A stretch of DNA of 32,000 bases from Formosa sp. Hel1_33_131 (GTDB lineage: Bacteria > Bacteroidota > Bacteroidia > Flavobacteriales > Flavobacteriaceae), in the NCBI RefSeq assembly GCF_001735745.1, contig NZ_CP017260.1, positions 2,160,001 through 2,192,000 of the forward strand. The letters are read 5' to 3'. The notes under the pieces are model-generated. The model was not told where the DNA came from. It searched no databases and was given only the letters and a program-made list of their open reading frames with translations. Position 1 is the stretch's first letter, and every line of letters begins with the position of its first letter. A program made the translations under genes and the position numbers. Shown here one piece after another: positions 5,437-14,689 of this stretch.

Positions 5437-6737
5437 ATCACCTTCCACTAATTATCAAACGTGAGTATCTGACTAAAGTGCGCAACAAATCGTTTATACT
5501 CATGACATTTTTGACGCCCCTCATTATGATAGCCCTGTTTTTATTTGTAGGCTATTTGTCGAGTGTCAATAACGATACTGTCCGTACCATCTATGTTTTA
5601 GACGAAACGGATTTCCTTTCGGAATCCTTCAAAACTAACGATCAAACAATTTTTAACCACCTTTCTGAAGTTGATTTGGAAACTGCCAAAACACTCGCCA
5701 ATCAAGAAGGCGCTTATGGCTTGCTTCACATTCCTAACACCCCTTTAGAAACGGTGTCGAGCGCCATTCGGTTTTATTCTGAAGAATCGCCTTCCCTTTC
5801 ATTTATATCTTCTTTGGAATCGAAAATCGAAAACAAATTATCCGAACTAAAATTACAAAATGAAGGAGTTGATTTAGCACTCATTGAATCCTCTAAAACC
5901 AATATCGAAATCAATCAAGAAAGCTTTGAAGGCGTAAAAACTTCCAAGGTGGGGAGTGTTATGAAATTGATCTTTGGCGGTGCAGCTGGCTATTTGTTAT
6001 TTATGTTTATCATTATCTATGGAAACATGATCATGCGCAGTGTGATTGAAGAAAAAACCAGCCGTATTATCGAAGTAATTATTTCCTCAGTAAAACCCAT
6101 CCAACTGATGATGGGGAAAATTATTGGGACCTCTTTAGCAGGAATTACACAAGTTACCACTTGGATTGTTTTAGGTGCTATTTTACTTTTCTCAGCATCT
6201 GCCATTTTTGGAGTTGACTTGTCTCAAAGTCCGCAACAAGACATGGTAAATGAAACGCTTTCAAATCCAGAATCCACCGACAAAATTCAAATGATTGTCA
6301 ATGAATTTAGCGCCCTTCCAATTGGGAATTTAATAGTGGCGTTTATCTTATTTTTTATAGGAGGATATCTGTTGTACAGTTCGTTATATGCGGCCATTGG
6401 TGCTGCGGTGGACAACGAAACGGACACCCAACAATTTATGATTCCCGTATTGATACCCTTGATTATAGGGGTTTATGTGGGAGTGTTTACCGTGATTGAA
6501 GATCCGCATGGCACCATTTCAACCGTATTTTCATTTATACCATTTACCTCTCCTGTGGTGATGTTGATGCGGATTCCGTTTGGTGTTCCGTTATGGGAAC
6601 AAATCGCCTCGCTTTTAATTTTGATAATGAGCTTTGTAGTTACAGTATGGTTCGCCGCAAAAATCTACCGTATTGGAATCTTGATGCATGGCAAAAAGCC
6701 AACCTATAAAGAACTTTATAAATGGTTGAAATATTAA
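5433..6737 (+). CDS. ABC-2 family permease (NatB-like): N-terminal TM helix, large extracytoplasmic loop, C-terminal TM bundle
   Basis: Translationally coupled to the ATPase (4-nt overlap). The hydrophobicity pattern is typical of ABC-2 permeases. Confidence 0.85.
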   Translation: MNHLPLIIKREYLTKVRNKSFILMTFLTPLIMIALFLFVGYLSSVNNDTVRTIYVLDETDFLSESFKTNDQTIFNHLSEVDLETAKTLANQEGAYGLLHIPNTPLETVSSAIRFYSEESPSLSFISSLESKIENKLSELKLQNEGVDLALIESSKTNIEINQESFEGVKTSKVGSVMKLIFGGAAGYLLFMFIIIYGNMIMRSVIEEKTSRIIEVIISSVKPIQLMMGKIIGTSLAGITQVTTWIVLGAILLFSASAIFGVDLSQSPQQDMVNETLSNPESTDKIQMIVNEFSALPIGNLIVAFILFFIGGYLLYSSLYAAIGAAVDNETDTQQFMIPVLIPLIIGVYVGVFTVIEDPHGTISTVFSFIPFTSPVVMLMRIPFGVPLWEQIASLLILIMSFVVTVWFAAKIYRIGILMHGKKPTYKELYKWLKY

Positions 6738-6778
6738 TTTGAATGAAACGTTATTAATGCATACTAAATCAACACCAA

Positions 6779-7942
6779 ATGTCTAGAATTTTAATCATTG
6801 AAGATGAAGCCTCCATCCGTCGTGTCCTTGTCAAAATACTGACGGAAGAGAATGCTCAATACCAAGTGTTTGAAGCCGAAGATGGCTTGGTCGGTACCGA
6901 AATGATTAAAAAAGACGATTTTGATTTGGTATTGTGTGATATTAAAATGCCCAAAATGGACGGAGTTGAAGTTCTGGAAGCAGTCAAAAAAATCAAACCA
7001 GAAATTCCGATGGTGATGATTTCAGGGCATGGCGATTTAGACACGGCTGTGAACACCATGCGCATGGGTGCCTATGATTATATTTCAAAACCACCCGACT
7101 TGAACCGTCTGCTGAATACCATTCGAAATGCACTGGACCGCAAACAATTGGTGGTCGAAAATAAACGTCTCAAACGGAAAGTCAGCAAACAATACGAAAT
7201 GGTTGGTAACAGCCCCGAAATTGAGACCATCAAATCAATTATTGATAAAGTAGCGCCTACCGAAGCACGCGTATTGGTGACAGGACCTAATGGTACTGGA
7301 AAAGAATTAGTAGCCCATTGGTTGCACCAAAAAAGTGACCGCGCCAAAGGGCCTATGATTGAAGTGAATTGTGCGGCAATTCCTAGTGAACTAATTGAAA
7401 GTGAATTGTTTGGGCATATTAAAGGCGCATTTACAAGCGCTCATAAAGACCGTGCAGGAAAGTTTGAAGCCGCCAATAAAGGGACTATTTTTCTTGATGA
7501 AATAGGGGATATGAGCCTCTCCGCGCAAGCAAAAGTATTACGTGCTCTGCAAGAAAGTCGCATCCAACGTGTTGGGAGTGATAAAGACATCAAAGTAGAT
7601 GTGCGGGTGATTGCTGCTACAAATAAAAACCTTAAAACAGAAATATCAGAAGGACGTTTCCGTGAAGACTTATACCACCGTTTGGCAGTTATTTTAATTA
7701 AAGTACCGCCACTAAACGATCGTAGAGATGACATTCCTGTATTGGTCGATTATTTTGCAAATAAAATTGCCTCGGAACAAGGAACCGCTAAAAAGAGTTT
7801 TTCGGCAGAAGCGCTTAAATTGCTTAAAGCCTATGATTGGACAGGAAATATCAGGGAGTTAAGAAATGTGGTTGAACGGCTTATTATTCTTGGAGAAGCG
7901 GAAGTTACCGTTGCAGATGTCAAGGCATTTGTGAGTAAATAA
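6779..7942 (+). CDS. Sigma-54-dependent response regulator (REC + AAA+ activator) lacking a C-terminal HTH domain
   Basis: REC domain (ILIIEDE, DLVLCDIKMPKMDG). AAA+ domain (GPNGTGKE, ESELFGH, GAFTSA loop, FLDEIGDM, IRELRN). The protein ends 17 aa after the AAA+ module. Confidence 0.9.
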   Translation: MSRILIIEDEASIRRVLVKILTEENAQYQVFEAEDGLVGTEMIKKDDFDLVLCDIKMPKMDGVEVLEAVKKIKPEIPMVMISGHGDLDTAVNTMRMGAYDYISKPPDLNRLLNTIRNALDRKQLVVENKRLKRKVSKQYEMVGNSPEIETIKSIIDKVAPTEARVLVTGPNGTGKELVAHWLHQKSDRAKGPMIEVNCAAIPSELIESELFGHIKGAFTSAHKDRAGKFEAANKGTIFLDEIGDMSLSAQAKVLRALQESRIQRVGSDKDIKVDVRVIAATNKNLKTEISEGRFREDLYHRLAVILIKVPPLNDRRDDIPVLVDYFANKIASEQGTAKKSFSAEALKLLKAYDWTGNIRELRNVVERLIILGEAEVTVADVKAFVSK

Positions 7943-8013
7943 TCAAGTTTTGTGTCAATCTTAACACTAGATTCATTTACATGGCTTAGTTTTACTTTTA
8001 TAAAATTTAGATT

Positions 8014-9417
8014 ATGAAATACCTAGCACTCATTATTTTCTGTTTTTTAACGCTCGGTTTGAATGCGCAATCCGATGCAGATTATATCAAAACAATCTAT
8101 AAAAACACCTTAACCAATGGTCAAAGTTACCAATGGTTAGATTATTTATCTAACGAAATTGGAGGCCGTTTATCAGGATCTTTAAATGCCGAATTGGCAG
8201 TTGAATATACCAAAGAAGAATTAGAAAAATTAGGCCTCGACCGTGTTTGGTTGCAACCTGTCATGGTGCCAAAATGGGTGCGAGGTACGCCTGAATTTGC
8301 CTATATAGAAACGGCGCCTGGGAAAACTATTTCTGTGAATATATGTGCTTTGGGAGGATCGGTTGCTACTCCGCTTCAAGGTGTGAAAGCAGAAGTGATT
8401 GAAGTGCAAGGCATAGAAGAATTAAAAGCCTTGGAGCGAAAAGATGTGGAAGGAAAAATCGTATTTTTCAACCGTCCCATGCAAGCCGATTTGATCTTAA
8501 CTTTTGAAGCCTATAGTGGTTGTGTCGATCAGCGTTACAATGGGGCAGAAGAAGCTGGTAAACTCGGAGCAGTTGCCATGATTGTGCGTTCTATGAATCT
8601 CAGAATGGACGATTTGCCTCACACGGGAGCAATGTCTTACGGAGATGCACCTGTATCTAAACGGATTGCTTCGTCAGCGATTAGCACCAATGATGCCGAA
8701 ATGTTAAGCGGTATGCTAAAGATCGATTCAAGTCTTAAATTATTTATCAAACAAAGTTGTCGTCAATTAAAAGATGTGCAGTCTTACAACGTGATTGGCG
8801 AAATTACAGGGGCTGAATTTCCAGAGGAAATCATTACCGTCGGCGGACATTTAGATTCGTGGGATTTAGGGGATGGTTCGCATGACGATGGTGCGGGTTG
8901 TGTCCAATCTATGGATGTACTGCGCTTATTGAAAATTTCGGGAATTAAACCCAAACGAACGATCAGAGTTGTATTGTTTATGAATGAAGAAAATGGATTA
9001 AGAGGTGGTAAAGCGTATGCGAAGGAAGCCACACGAAAAGGGGAGAATCATATTTTTGCCTTAGAAAGTGACTCAGGTGGGTTCACACCTCGAGGCTTCA
9101 CTTTTGATGGCCCCGATTATAAAGTGGATCAAATCATGCAATGGAAGCCTTTGTTTGAACCCTATCTTATTCATTATTTCAAAAAAGGAGGCAGTGGTGC
9201 CGATATTGGTCCCTTAAAAAAAAACACGAATGTGTTGGCAGGATTGCGTCCAGATTCACAACGTTACTTTGACCACCACCATGCGGCGAATGATACTTTT
9301 GATGCCGTTAATAAACGTGAATTAGAGTTAGGAGCCGCCACCATGACGTCCTTGGTTTATTTGGTAGATAAATATGGACTGAATACCATAACGAAAATAC
9401 CACAGTTAAAGGACTAA
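8014..9417 (+). CDS. Secreted M28-family metallopeptidase with a PA domain
   Basis: Signal peptide MKYLALIIFCFLTLGLNAQ. Metal-binding region GGHLDSWDLGDGSHDDGAGC, plus NEENG. Confidence 0.9.
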   Translation: MKYLALIIFCFLTLGLNAQSDADYIKTIYKNTLTNGQSYQWLDYLSNEIGGRLSGSLNAELAVEYTKEELEKLGLDRVWLQPVMVPKWVRGTPEFAYIETAPGKTISVNICALGGSVATPLQGVKAEVIEVQGIEELKALERKDVEGKIVFFNRPMQADLILTFEAYSGCVDQRYNGAEEAGKLGAVAMIVRSMNLRMDDLPHTGAMSYGDAPVSKRIASSAISTNDAEMLSGMLKIDSSLKLFIKQSCRQLKDVQSYNVIGEITGAEFPEEIITVGGHLDSWDLGDGSHDDGAGCVQSMDVLRLLKISGIKPKRTIRVVLFMNEENGLRGGKAYAKEATRKGENHIFALESDSGGFTPRGFTFDGPDYKVDQIMQWKPLFEPYLIHYFKKGGSGADIGPLKKNTNVLAGLRPDSQRYFDHHHAANDTFDAVNKRELELGAATMTSLVYLVDKYGLNTITKIPQLKD

Positions 9418-9423
9418 AGTTTC

Positions 9424-10302
9424 TTATTTTACTAACTGAAAGATGTACCCAAAAGAAATGTTTCTTTGGTAAAAGAAAAATTCTTGAGAAGCAGAGTCTG
9501 CTGTGGATCTAGTAGTTCGTATGTCCGACATATCAATATAGCCTGCTTTAAATTCCGCTTGTACAAAAAAGTGGTCAAACAAAGTTAAATTGACACCCGC
9601 CTTAAAAGACAGTCCAAATCCTGCCAAGTGAAATTCATCATTTTGCTCTTTAGAAAGTAAGGTTGAATTGGTTTTTGGGTATAAAATTCCTGCACCAAAA
9701 GATTCTAACAGATTCAGTTGTATTTTTTTGGAATTCCATTTTAGATAATCCCCAAGATTATCAACTCTTGAAATCTCAACATTTATATAGTTGAGTCCAT
9801 CGGTATGTTCAAATTCCAAGAAATCCTCATCAATGTATATAGGTGCATTGTCATACACACCGTTGAATTCTGAGAGTGGATCGTCTAAGTCAATATAACC
9901 ATCAATCGTGGCGGGTTGTTGCTCTACCATGATGTATTTCATGTGATCGTCTCCTATAGAAATGTTCCAATTGTCATGAAAATAATACCCTATTCTTGCC
10001 ACGGTTTGCGGAATGGTGATGTTTGTAGGATTTAAATACACGTCTGCATCCCACGGGTTTTGACGGTCTTTGGCAGCCACATCATAGAGTGTAAATTCAT
10101 AATCGTCCCCTCTAAAGGTGATGTCTGAATAGCTGTATTGTGCTTTATTCCATCCCCAATAAAAATAGAATTTACCTTTATTTTGGGTTTTAAAACTAGT
10201 TTCGATGGTGGGTGTTTCCATAGAAATTTCAAGAGGCGTTTCTTGAGAATATCCTTGAATACTGAATCCAAATAATAAGCAAATGAGGAGTGCCTTTTGC
10301 AT
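9424..10302 (-). CDS. Secreted, probably outer-membrane beta-rich protein of unknown function, co-transcribed with kdsA
   Basis: Signal peptide MQKALLICLLFGFSIQGYSQ. Alternating aromatic/polar beta-strand-like pattern. Its start is 5 nt downstream of the kdsA stop. Confidence 0.6.
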   Translation of the reverse strand: MQKALLICLLFGFSIQGYSQETPLEISMETPTIETSFKTQNKGKFYFYWGWNKAQYSYSDITFRGDDYEFTLYDVAAKDRQNPWDADVYLNPTNITIPQTVARIGYYFHDNWNISIGDDHMKYIMVEQQPATIDGYIDLDDPLSEFNGVYDNAPIYIDEDFLEFEHTDGLNYINVEISRVDNLGDYLKWNSKKIQLNLLESFGAGILYPKTNSTLLSKEQNDEFHLAGFGLSFKAGVNLTLFDHFFVQAEFKAGYIDMSDIRTTRSTADSASQEFFFYQRNISFGYIFQLVK

Positions 10303-10307
10303 AGGTT

Positions 10308-11126
10308 CTAAAGGGAATTTATAGTGCGTCTTATGGCGCTTAAGTTGGTAAGTAATTTTTCTAAATGGTCGATGTGAAGCATATTGGCACCATCACTTTT
10401 GGCATTGGAAGGGTCAAAATGTGTTTCGATAAATAATCCATCCACATTATTAACAATGCCTGCGCGGGCAATGGTTTCAATCATATCTGGACGACCACCG
10501 GTCACGCCACTTGTTTGGTTGGGTTGTTGTAGCGAGTGTGTCACGTCCAAAACAGTAGGTGCAAAAGCACGCATTGTTGGAATGCCACGGAAATCAACAA
10601 TCATATCTTGATAGCCAAACATGGTGCCACGATCGGTAATCCATGCCTTTTCGTTTCCAGCATCTTTCACTTTTTGAACGGCATGTTTCATGGCTTCGGG
10701 ACTCATAAATTGCCCTTTTTTTAAATTCACAACTTTTCCTGTTTGAGCCGCTGCGACTACAAGGTCGGTTTGTCTTACTAGAAACGCAGGGATTTGTAAT
10801 ACATCTACATACTGAGCTGCCAAGGCTGCATCCGATACTTCATGAATATCGGTGACGGTTGGGATGTCAAAAGTTTCGGAAACTTTTCTAAGAATTTTCA
10901 AGGCTTTTTCATCACCGATTCCTGTAAAGCTATCAATTCGACTGCGGTTTGCTTTCTTAAAACTGCCTTTAAAAATGTAAGGAATTTTTAAGTCATCAGT
11001 AATTTTACACACTTTTTCTGCAATTTGAAGCGCCATTGTTTCGCTTTCAATCGCACAAGGTCCTGCTAACAGGAAAAAATTGTCCGAAGTTGTATGTTTT
11101 AATTTTGGAATATCTTGAAGATTCAT
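10308..11126 (-). CDS. kdsA: 3-deoxy-8-phosphooctulonate (KDO8P) synthase
   Basis: Typical KdsA sequence (FFLLAGPCAIES, KGSFKKANRS, QIPAFLVRQTDL, KKGQFMSP). The ORF-track start at 11147 is a TTG, so the ATG at 11126 (MNLQDIPKLKH) is preferred. Confidence 0.93.
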   Translation of the reverse strand: MNLQDIPKLKHTTSDNFFLLAGPCAIESETMALQIAEKVCKITDDLKIPYIFKGSFKKANRSRIDSFTGIGDEKALKILRKVSETFDIPTVTDIHEVSDAALAAQYVDVLQIPAFLVRQTDLVVAAAQTGKVVNLKKGQFMSPEAMKHAVQKVKDAGNEKAWITDRGTMFGYQDMIVDFRGIPTMRAFAPTVLDVTHSLQQPNQTSGVTGGRPDMIETIARAGIVNNVDGLFIETHFDPSNAKSDGANMLHIDHLEKLLTNLSAIRRTINSL

Positions 11127-11211
11127 TGCTGTAAATTTATGCTGCAAATATAATCAAAATTAAAAGGTGTTTTAAAATTAATAAGCAGTACTAAAGTAAG
11201 AAAATTAAATG

Positions 11212-11219
11212 TAACTTTG
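11212..11219 (+). promoter_or_regulatory. Bacteroidota-type -7 box (TAnnTTTG) upstream of typA
   Basis: TAACTTTG lies 21 nt upstream of the typA ATG. No clear -33 TTTG was seen. Confidence 0.4.
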
Positions 11220-11240
11220 CACGCTTAAAACAAGGCACTT

Positions 11241-13040
11241 ATGGCTAATGTAAAAAATATCGCAATTATTGCACACGTCGATCACGGAAAAACAACCTTG
11301 GTTGATAAAATCATGTATCACTGTCAACTGTTTCGTGAGAACCAAAATACAGGTGATTTAATTCTGGATAATAACGATCTTGAACGTGAGAGAGGTATTA
11401 CGATCACAGCTAAAAATGTTTCCGTCATATATAAAGATACCAAAATCAATATTATTGATACGCCTGGTCACGCCGATTTTGGTGGTGAAGTAGAGCGTGT
11501 ATTGAACATGGCAGATGGTGTGTTGTTGTTGGTAGATGCTTTTGAAGGCCCTATGCCTCAAACGCGTTTTGTGTTACAGAAAGCAATTGACCTTGGTTTA
11601 AAGCCTTGTGTAGTGATTAATAAAGTCGACAAAGAAAACTGTACTCCAGATGAGGTACACGAAAAAGTGTTTGACTTGATGTTTGAATTAGGAGCAGAAG
11701 AGTGGCAGTTAGATTTCCCAACGGTATATGGTTCCGCCAAAAACAATTGGATGAACCACGATTGGAAAGACGAAATAGATAATATAGAGCCTTTATTAGA
11801 TATGGTGATTGAACACATTCCTTCGCCAAAAATTCCTGAAGGAAATACCCAGATGTTAATTACATCTTTAGATTTTTCATCCTTTACAGGTCGAATTGCC
11901 ATTGGTCGATTGACGCGTGGTGAATTGAAAACAGGACAGCAAATTTCGTTGGTAAAACGTGATGGAAGCATCGTGAAGTCCAGAATAAAAGAACTTCATG
12001 TATTTGAAGGTTTAGGTAGAAAGAAGATTGAAGAAGTTCAAACGGGTGATATTTGTGCCATTGTGGGCCTAGAAGGTTTTGAAATTGGTGATACGGTAGC
12101 GGATCTTGAAAACCCAGAAGGGTTAAAAACGATTGCTATTGATGAGCCAACAATGAGTATGTTGTTTACAATTAACGATTCTCCTTTCTTCGGGAAAGAT
12201 GGAAAGTTTGTAACTTCAAGACATATTAAAGAGCGCCTGGATAAAGAATTAGAAAAGAATTTAGCACTACGCGTGAATGCAACGGATAGTGCCGATAAAT
12301 TTATGGTATTTGGAAGAGGTGTATTACACTTATCTGTACTTATCGAAACGATGCGTCGTGAGGGGTATGAACTACAAATCGGACAGCCACAAGTAATTAT
12401 CAAAGTCATTGACGGCGTTAAATGCGAACCAGTTGAAGAAATGACGATTGATTTACCAGAATCTGTTTCAGGTAAAGCGATTGAAATGGTAACGATGCGT
12501 AAAGGTGAAATGCTCAGTATGGAAGCGAAAGGCGATCGTATGGTGTGTGAGTTTTTAATTCCATCTAGAGGGATTATCGGAATGCGTAATCAACTCTTGA
12601 CGGCTACGGCTGGTGAGGCGATTATGGCACACAGATTTAAAGAATACCAGCCACTTAAAGGTGGAATTCCAGAACGTCAAAATGGATCCTTAGTTTCTAT
12701 GGAATTAGGTCAAGCCATTCCTTATTCTATTGATAAATTACAAGATAGAGGTAAGTTTTTTGTAGATCCAGGCGAAAGCATTTACGAAGGTCAAGTGATC
12801 GGCGAAAATTCTCGTGGAGACGATATGGCTATTAATATTACAAAAACTAAAAAGTTAAGTAATGTCCGTAGCTCTGGTGCAGATGATAAAGCTAAGATTG
12901 TTCCAGCAATTAAATTCTCTTTAGAAGAAGCTTTAGAATACATTCAAAAAGATGAGTACGTAGAAGTAACGCCTAAGTCGTTAAGGTTACGTAAGATATA
13001 CCTTACTGAAGTTGACCGTAAGCGCAACAAAATCATATAA
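11241..13040 (+). CDS. typA: Translational GTPase TypA/BipA
   Basis: G-domain AHVDHGKTTL, DTPGHADFGGEV, NKVD. At 599 aa it has full-length TypA architecture. Confidence 0.96.
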   Translation: MANVKNIAIIAHVDHGKTTLVDKIMYHCQLFRENQNTGDLILDNNDLERERGITITAKNVSVIYKDTKINIIDTPGHADFGGEVERVLNMADGVLLLVDAFEGPMPQTRFVLQKAIDLGLKPCVVINKVDKENCTPDEVHEKVFDLMFELGAEEWQLDFPTVYGSAKNNWMNHDWKDEIDNIEPLLDMVIEHIPSPKIPEGNTQMLITSLDFSSFTGRIAIGRLTRGELKTGQQISLVKRDGSIVKSRIKELHVFEGLGRKKIEEVQTGDICAIVGLEGFEIGDTVADLENPEGLKTIAIDEPTMSMLFTINDSPFFGKDGKFVTSRHIKERLDKELEKNLALRVNATDSADKFMVFGRGVLHLSVLIETMRREGYELQIGQPQVIIKVIDGVKCEPVEEMTIDLPESVSGKAIEMVTMRKGEMLSMEAKGDRMVCEFLIPSRGIIGMRNQLLTATAGEAIMAHRFKEYQPLKGGIPERQNGSLVSMELGQAIPYSIDKLQDRGKFFVDPGESIYEGQVIGENSRGDDMAINITKTKKLSNVRSSGADDKAKIVPAIKFSLEEALEYIQKDEYVEVTPKSLRLRKIYLTEVDRKRNKII

Positions 13041-13270
13041 TGAATTTTTTAGAAACTCACGCGACTGAATTCGTAGGTTATTTAGCAATGCTGTTGTTAT
13101 TGATTTCTTTTTTGATGAAAGATATCAGACGCTTACGGAAGCTAAACACGGTCGCCTGCGCGTTGTTTGTTGCCTATGGTTTTATGTTAGCAACCTCTTG
13201 GCCGATTATTATTTCCAATGCATCTATCATGGGAATTAATATATATTACCTGTTTTTGAAGAAAAATTAG
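13040..13270 (+). CDS. Small integral membrane protein (76 aa), translationally coupled to typA
   Basis: TAATG stop/start overlap at 13038-13042. Two to three hydrophobic helices. Confidence 0.7.
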   Translation: MNFLETHATEFVGYLAMLLLLISFLMKDIRRLRKLNTVACALFVAYGFMLATSWPIIISNASIMGINIYYLFLKKN

Positions 13271-13276
13271 TATTTT

Positions 13277-13356
13277 CACACGATTAACTAACTTGTCATA
13301 TAAGAATTTAGTGGGCCTAATGTGCTGCACTAATATTCAATGTTAGTTATCGTGTG
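13277..13356. other. 80-nt extended hairpin (possible terminator, structured RNA or small palindromic element)
   Basis: CACACGATTAACTAAC (13277-13292) pairs with GTTAGTTATCGTGTG (13342-13356), giving 15 bp plus one bulged T. An inner 6-bp stem pairs TTAGTG with CACTAA (13308-13313/13328-13333). Confidence 0.45.
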
Positions 13357-13383
13357 TTATATTAATAGTTCTAATGAGCCAAT

Positions 13384-14673
13384 TTGAAGTTACCTAAATT
13401 CATACGTAATAATTTAATTCTAAAGATCACTTCACTCAATTCATTGGTTGTGGGGGCGCGACTTTTGATGTCGTTAGTCGTTCAGAAATTGTTGGCGGAG
13501 TACACAGGACAAGCGGGGATTGCCAAAGTAGGGCAGTTGCGCAACATCTCCTCGATACTCATGAGTCTCACGTCTCTGGGAACCTTTAACGGCGTTGTGA
13601 AGTATGTTTCAGAGTATAAGTCCGATCAAAAAAACTTACTCAAATTATTTTCAACCTTATATGTTTTTAGTTTCACGGCAAGTGTCGTGTTATTTTTTAT
13701 ACTGTTTTTTGGAGCCTCTTATTTCTCTCATAAATTATTTTTATCAGATACGTATGCCGTTGTTTTTAAATTGATGGCTGTTGCGGTTCCTTTTATTTCA
13801 ATGAATCGAATTTTTAGTGGGGTTATAAACGGAATTTCGGACTATAAGAAACACACTAAAATTGAGTTTATTTCTCATTTTCTTGCAGCAGTTTTGTTGC
13901 TCGTCAGCCTTTATTTCTACTCCTTAAAAGGGGTGTTAGTAGCCATTGCACTGACGCCGATTATTCAGTTTGCAGTGCTAATAATTATCTTTGGAAAACT
14001 TTTAAAAGACTATGTTGATTTCAAATCAATCACCTTTAAAATTCCTTTTTTAAAGCAGCTTTTAGGGTTTACGGCCATGTCTTTTGTAGCAACGGTACTT
14101 TCAAATTACGTTGAAATTGATTTAAGAACACTCATTTTAGATAGAATTAGTGAAGCTGAAGCGGGCTCATGGACGGCAATGAACTCCATTTCAAAAATTT
14201 ATATGCAATTTTTAATTGCAATTTTCTCTCTCTATATTTTACCCAAGTACGCAACTATTAATACCTCATTTGAGTTTAGAATAGAAATAAAAAAAATTTA
14301 TACATCATTAGTACCACTTGTTTTTATAGGGATGGTTTTAGTGTATGTCTTAAGAAATGTATTAATCGAAGTTATTTTTACAGACGCTTTTATGGGAATG
14401 GCTATTTTATTTAAATGGCAATTGGCAGGGGATTTTGTTCGCTTTATTGCGAATGTATTATCCTACCAGTTTTTAGCTAAAAAACAAATCAAATATTTTG
14501 TATCGACACAACTGATTGGATTGGCTATGTATTATGTTTTTGGCAGATACTATTTAAGTTCCTTTGGTACCGAAGGGGTTGTAATGGCTCTATTTGTTAG
14601 TAATTTAATATATTTAGGAATTGTATTTTTTGTTTTAAGAAATACCTTTTTTGGAAAAAACAGAGATATATAA
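13384..14673 (+). CDS. Polysaccharide/O-antigen flippase (MOP/Wzx family)
   Basis: 429 aa with ~12 predicted TM helices and a Wzx-like N-terminus. TTG start as in the ORF track; the first in-frame ATG would remove TM1. Confidence 0.8.
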   Translation: MKLPKFIRNNLILKITSLNSLVVGARLLMSLVVQKLLAEYTGQAGIAKVGQLRNISSILMSLTSLGTFNGVVKYVSEYKSDQKNLLKLFSTLYVFSFTASVVLFFILFFGASYFSHKLFLSDTYAVVFKLMAVAVPFISMNRIFSGVINGISDYKKHTKIEFISHFLAAVLLLVSLYFYSLKGVLVAIALTPIIQFAVLIIIFGKLLKDYVDFKSITFKIPFLKQLLGFTAMSFVATVLSNYVEIDLRTLILDRISEAEAGSWTAMNSISKIYMQFLIAIFSLYILPKYATINTSFEFRIEIKKIYTSLVPLVFIGMVLVYVLRNVLIEVIFTDAFMGMAILFKWQLAGDFVRFIANVLSYQFLAKKQIKYFVSTQLIGLAMYYVFGRYYLSSFGTEGVVMALFVSNLIYLGIVFFVLRNTFFGKNRDI

Positions 14674-14689
14674 AAGGATAGGAGCGGAA

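Noticed and set aside
11127-11147. TTG-extended N-termini used by the ORF track (kdsA 11147, pEtN-transferase-like 14651, TPR 20175, methyltransferase 25739, symporter 25846)
   Set aside because: In each case a downstream in-frame ATG gives a family-typical N-terminus or signal peptide. In two cases (20175, 25846) the TTG overlaps or abuts the predicted -7 promoter box. ATG starts were adopted, but this is not proven.
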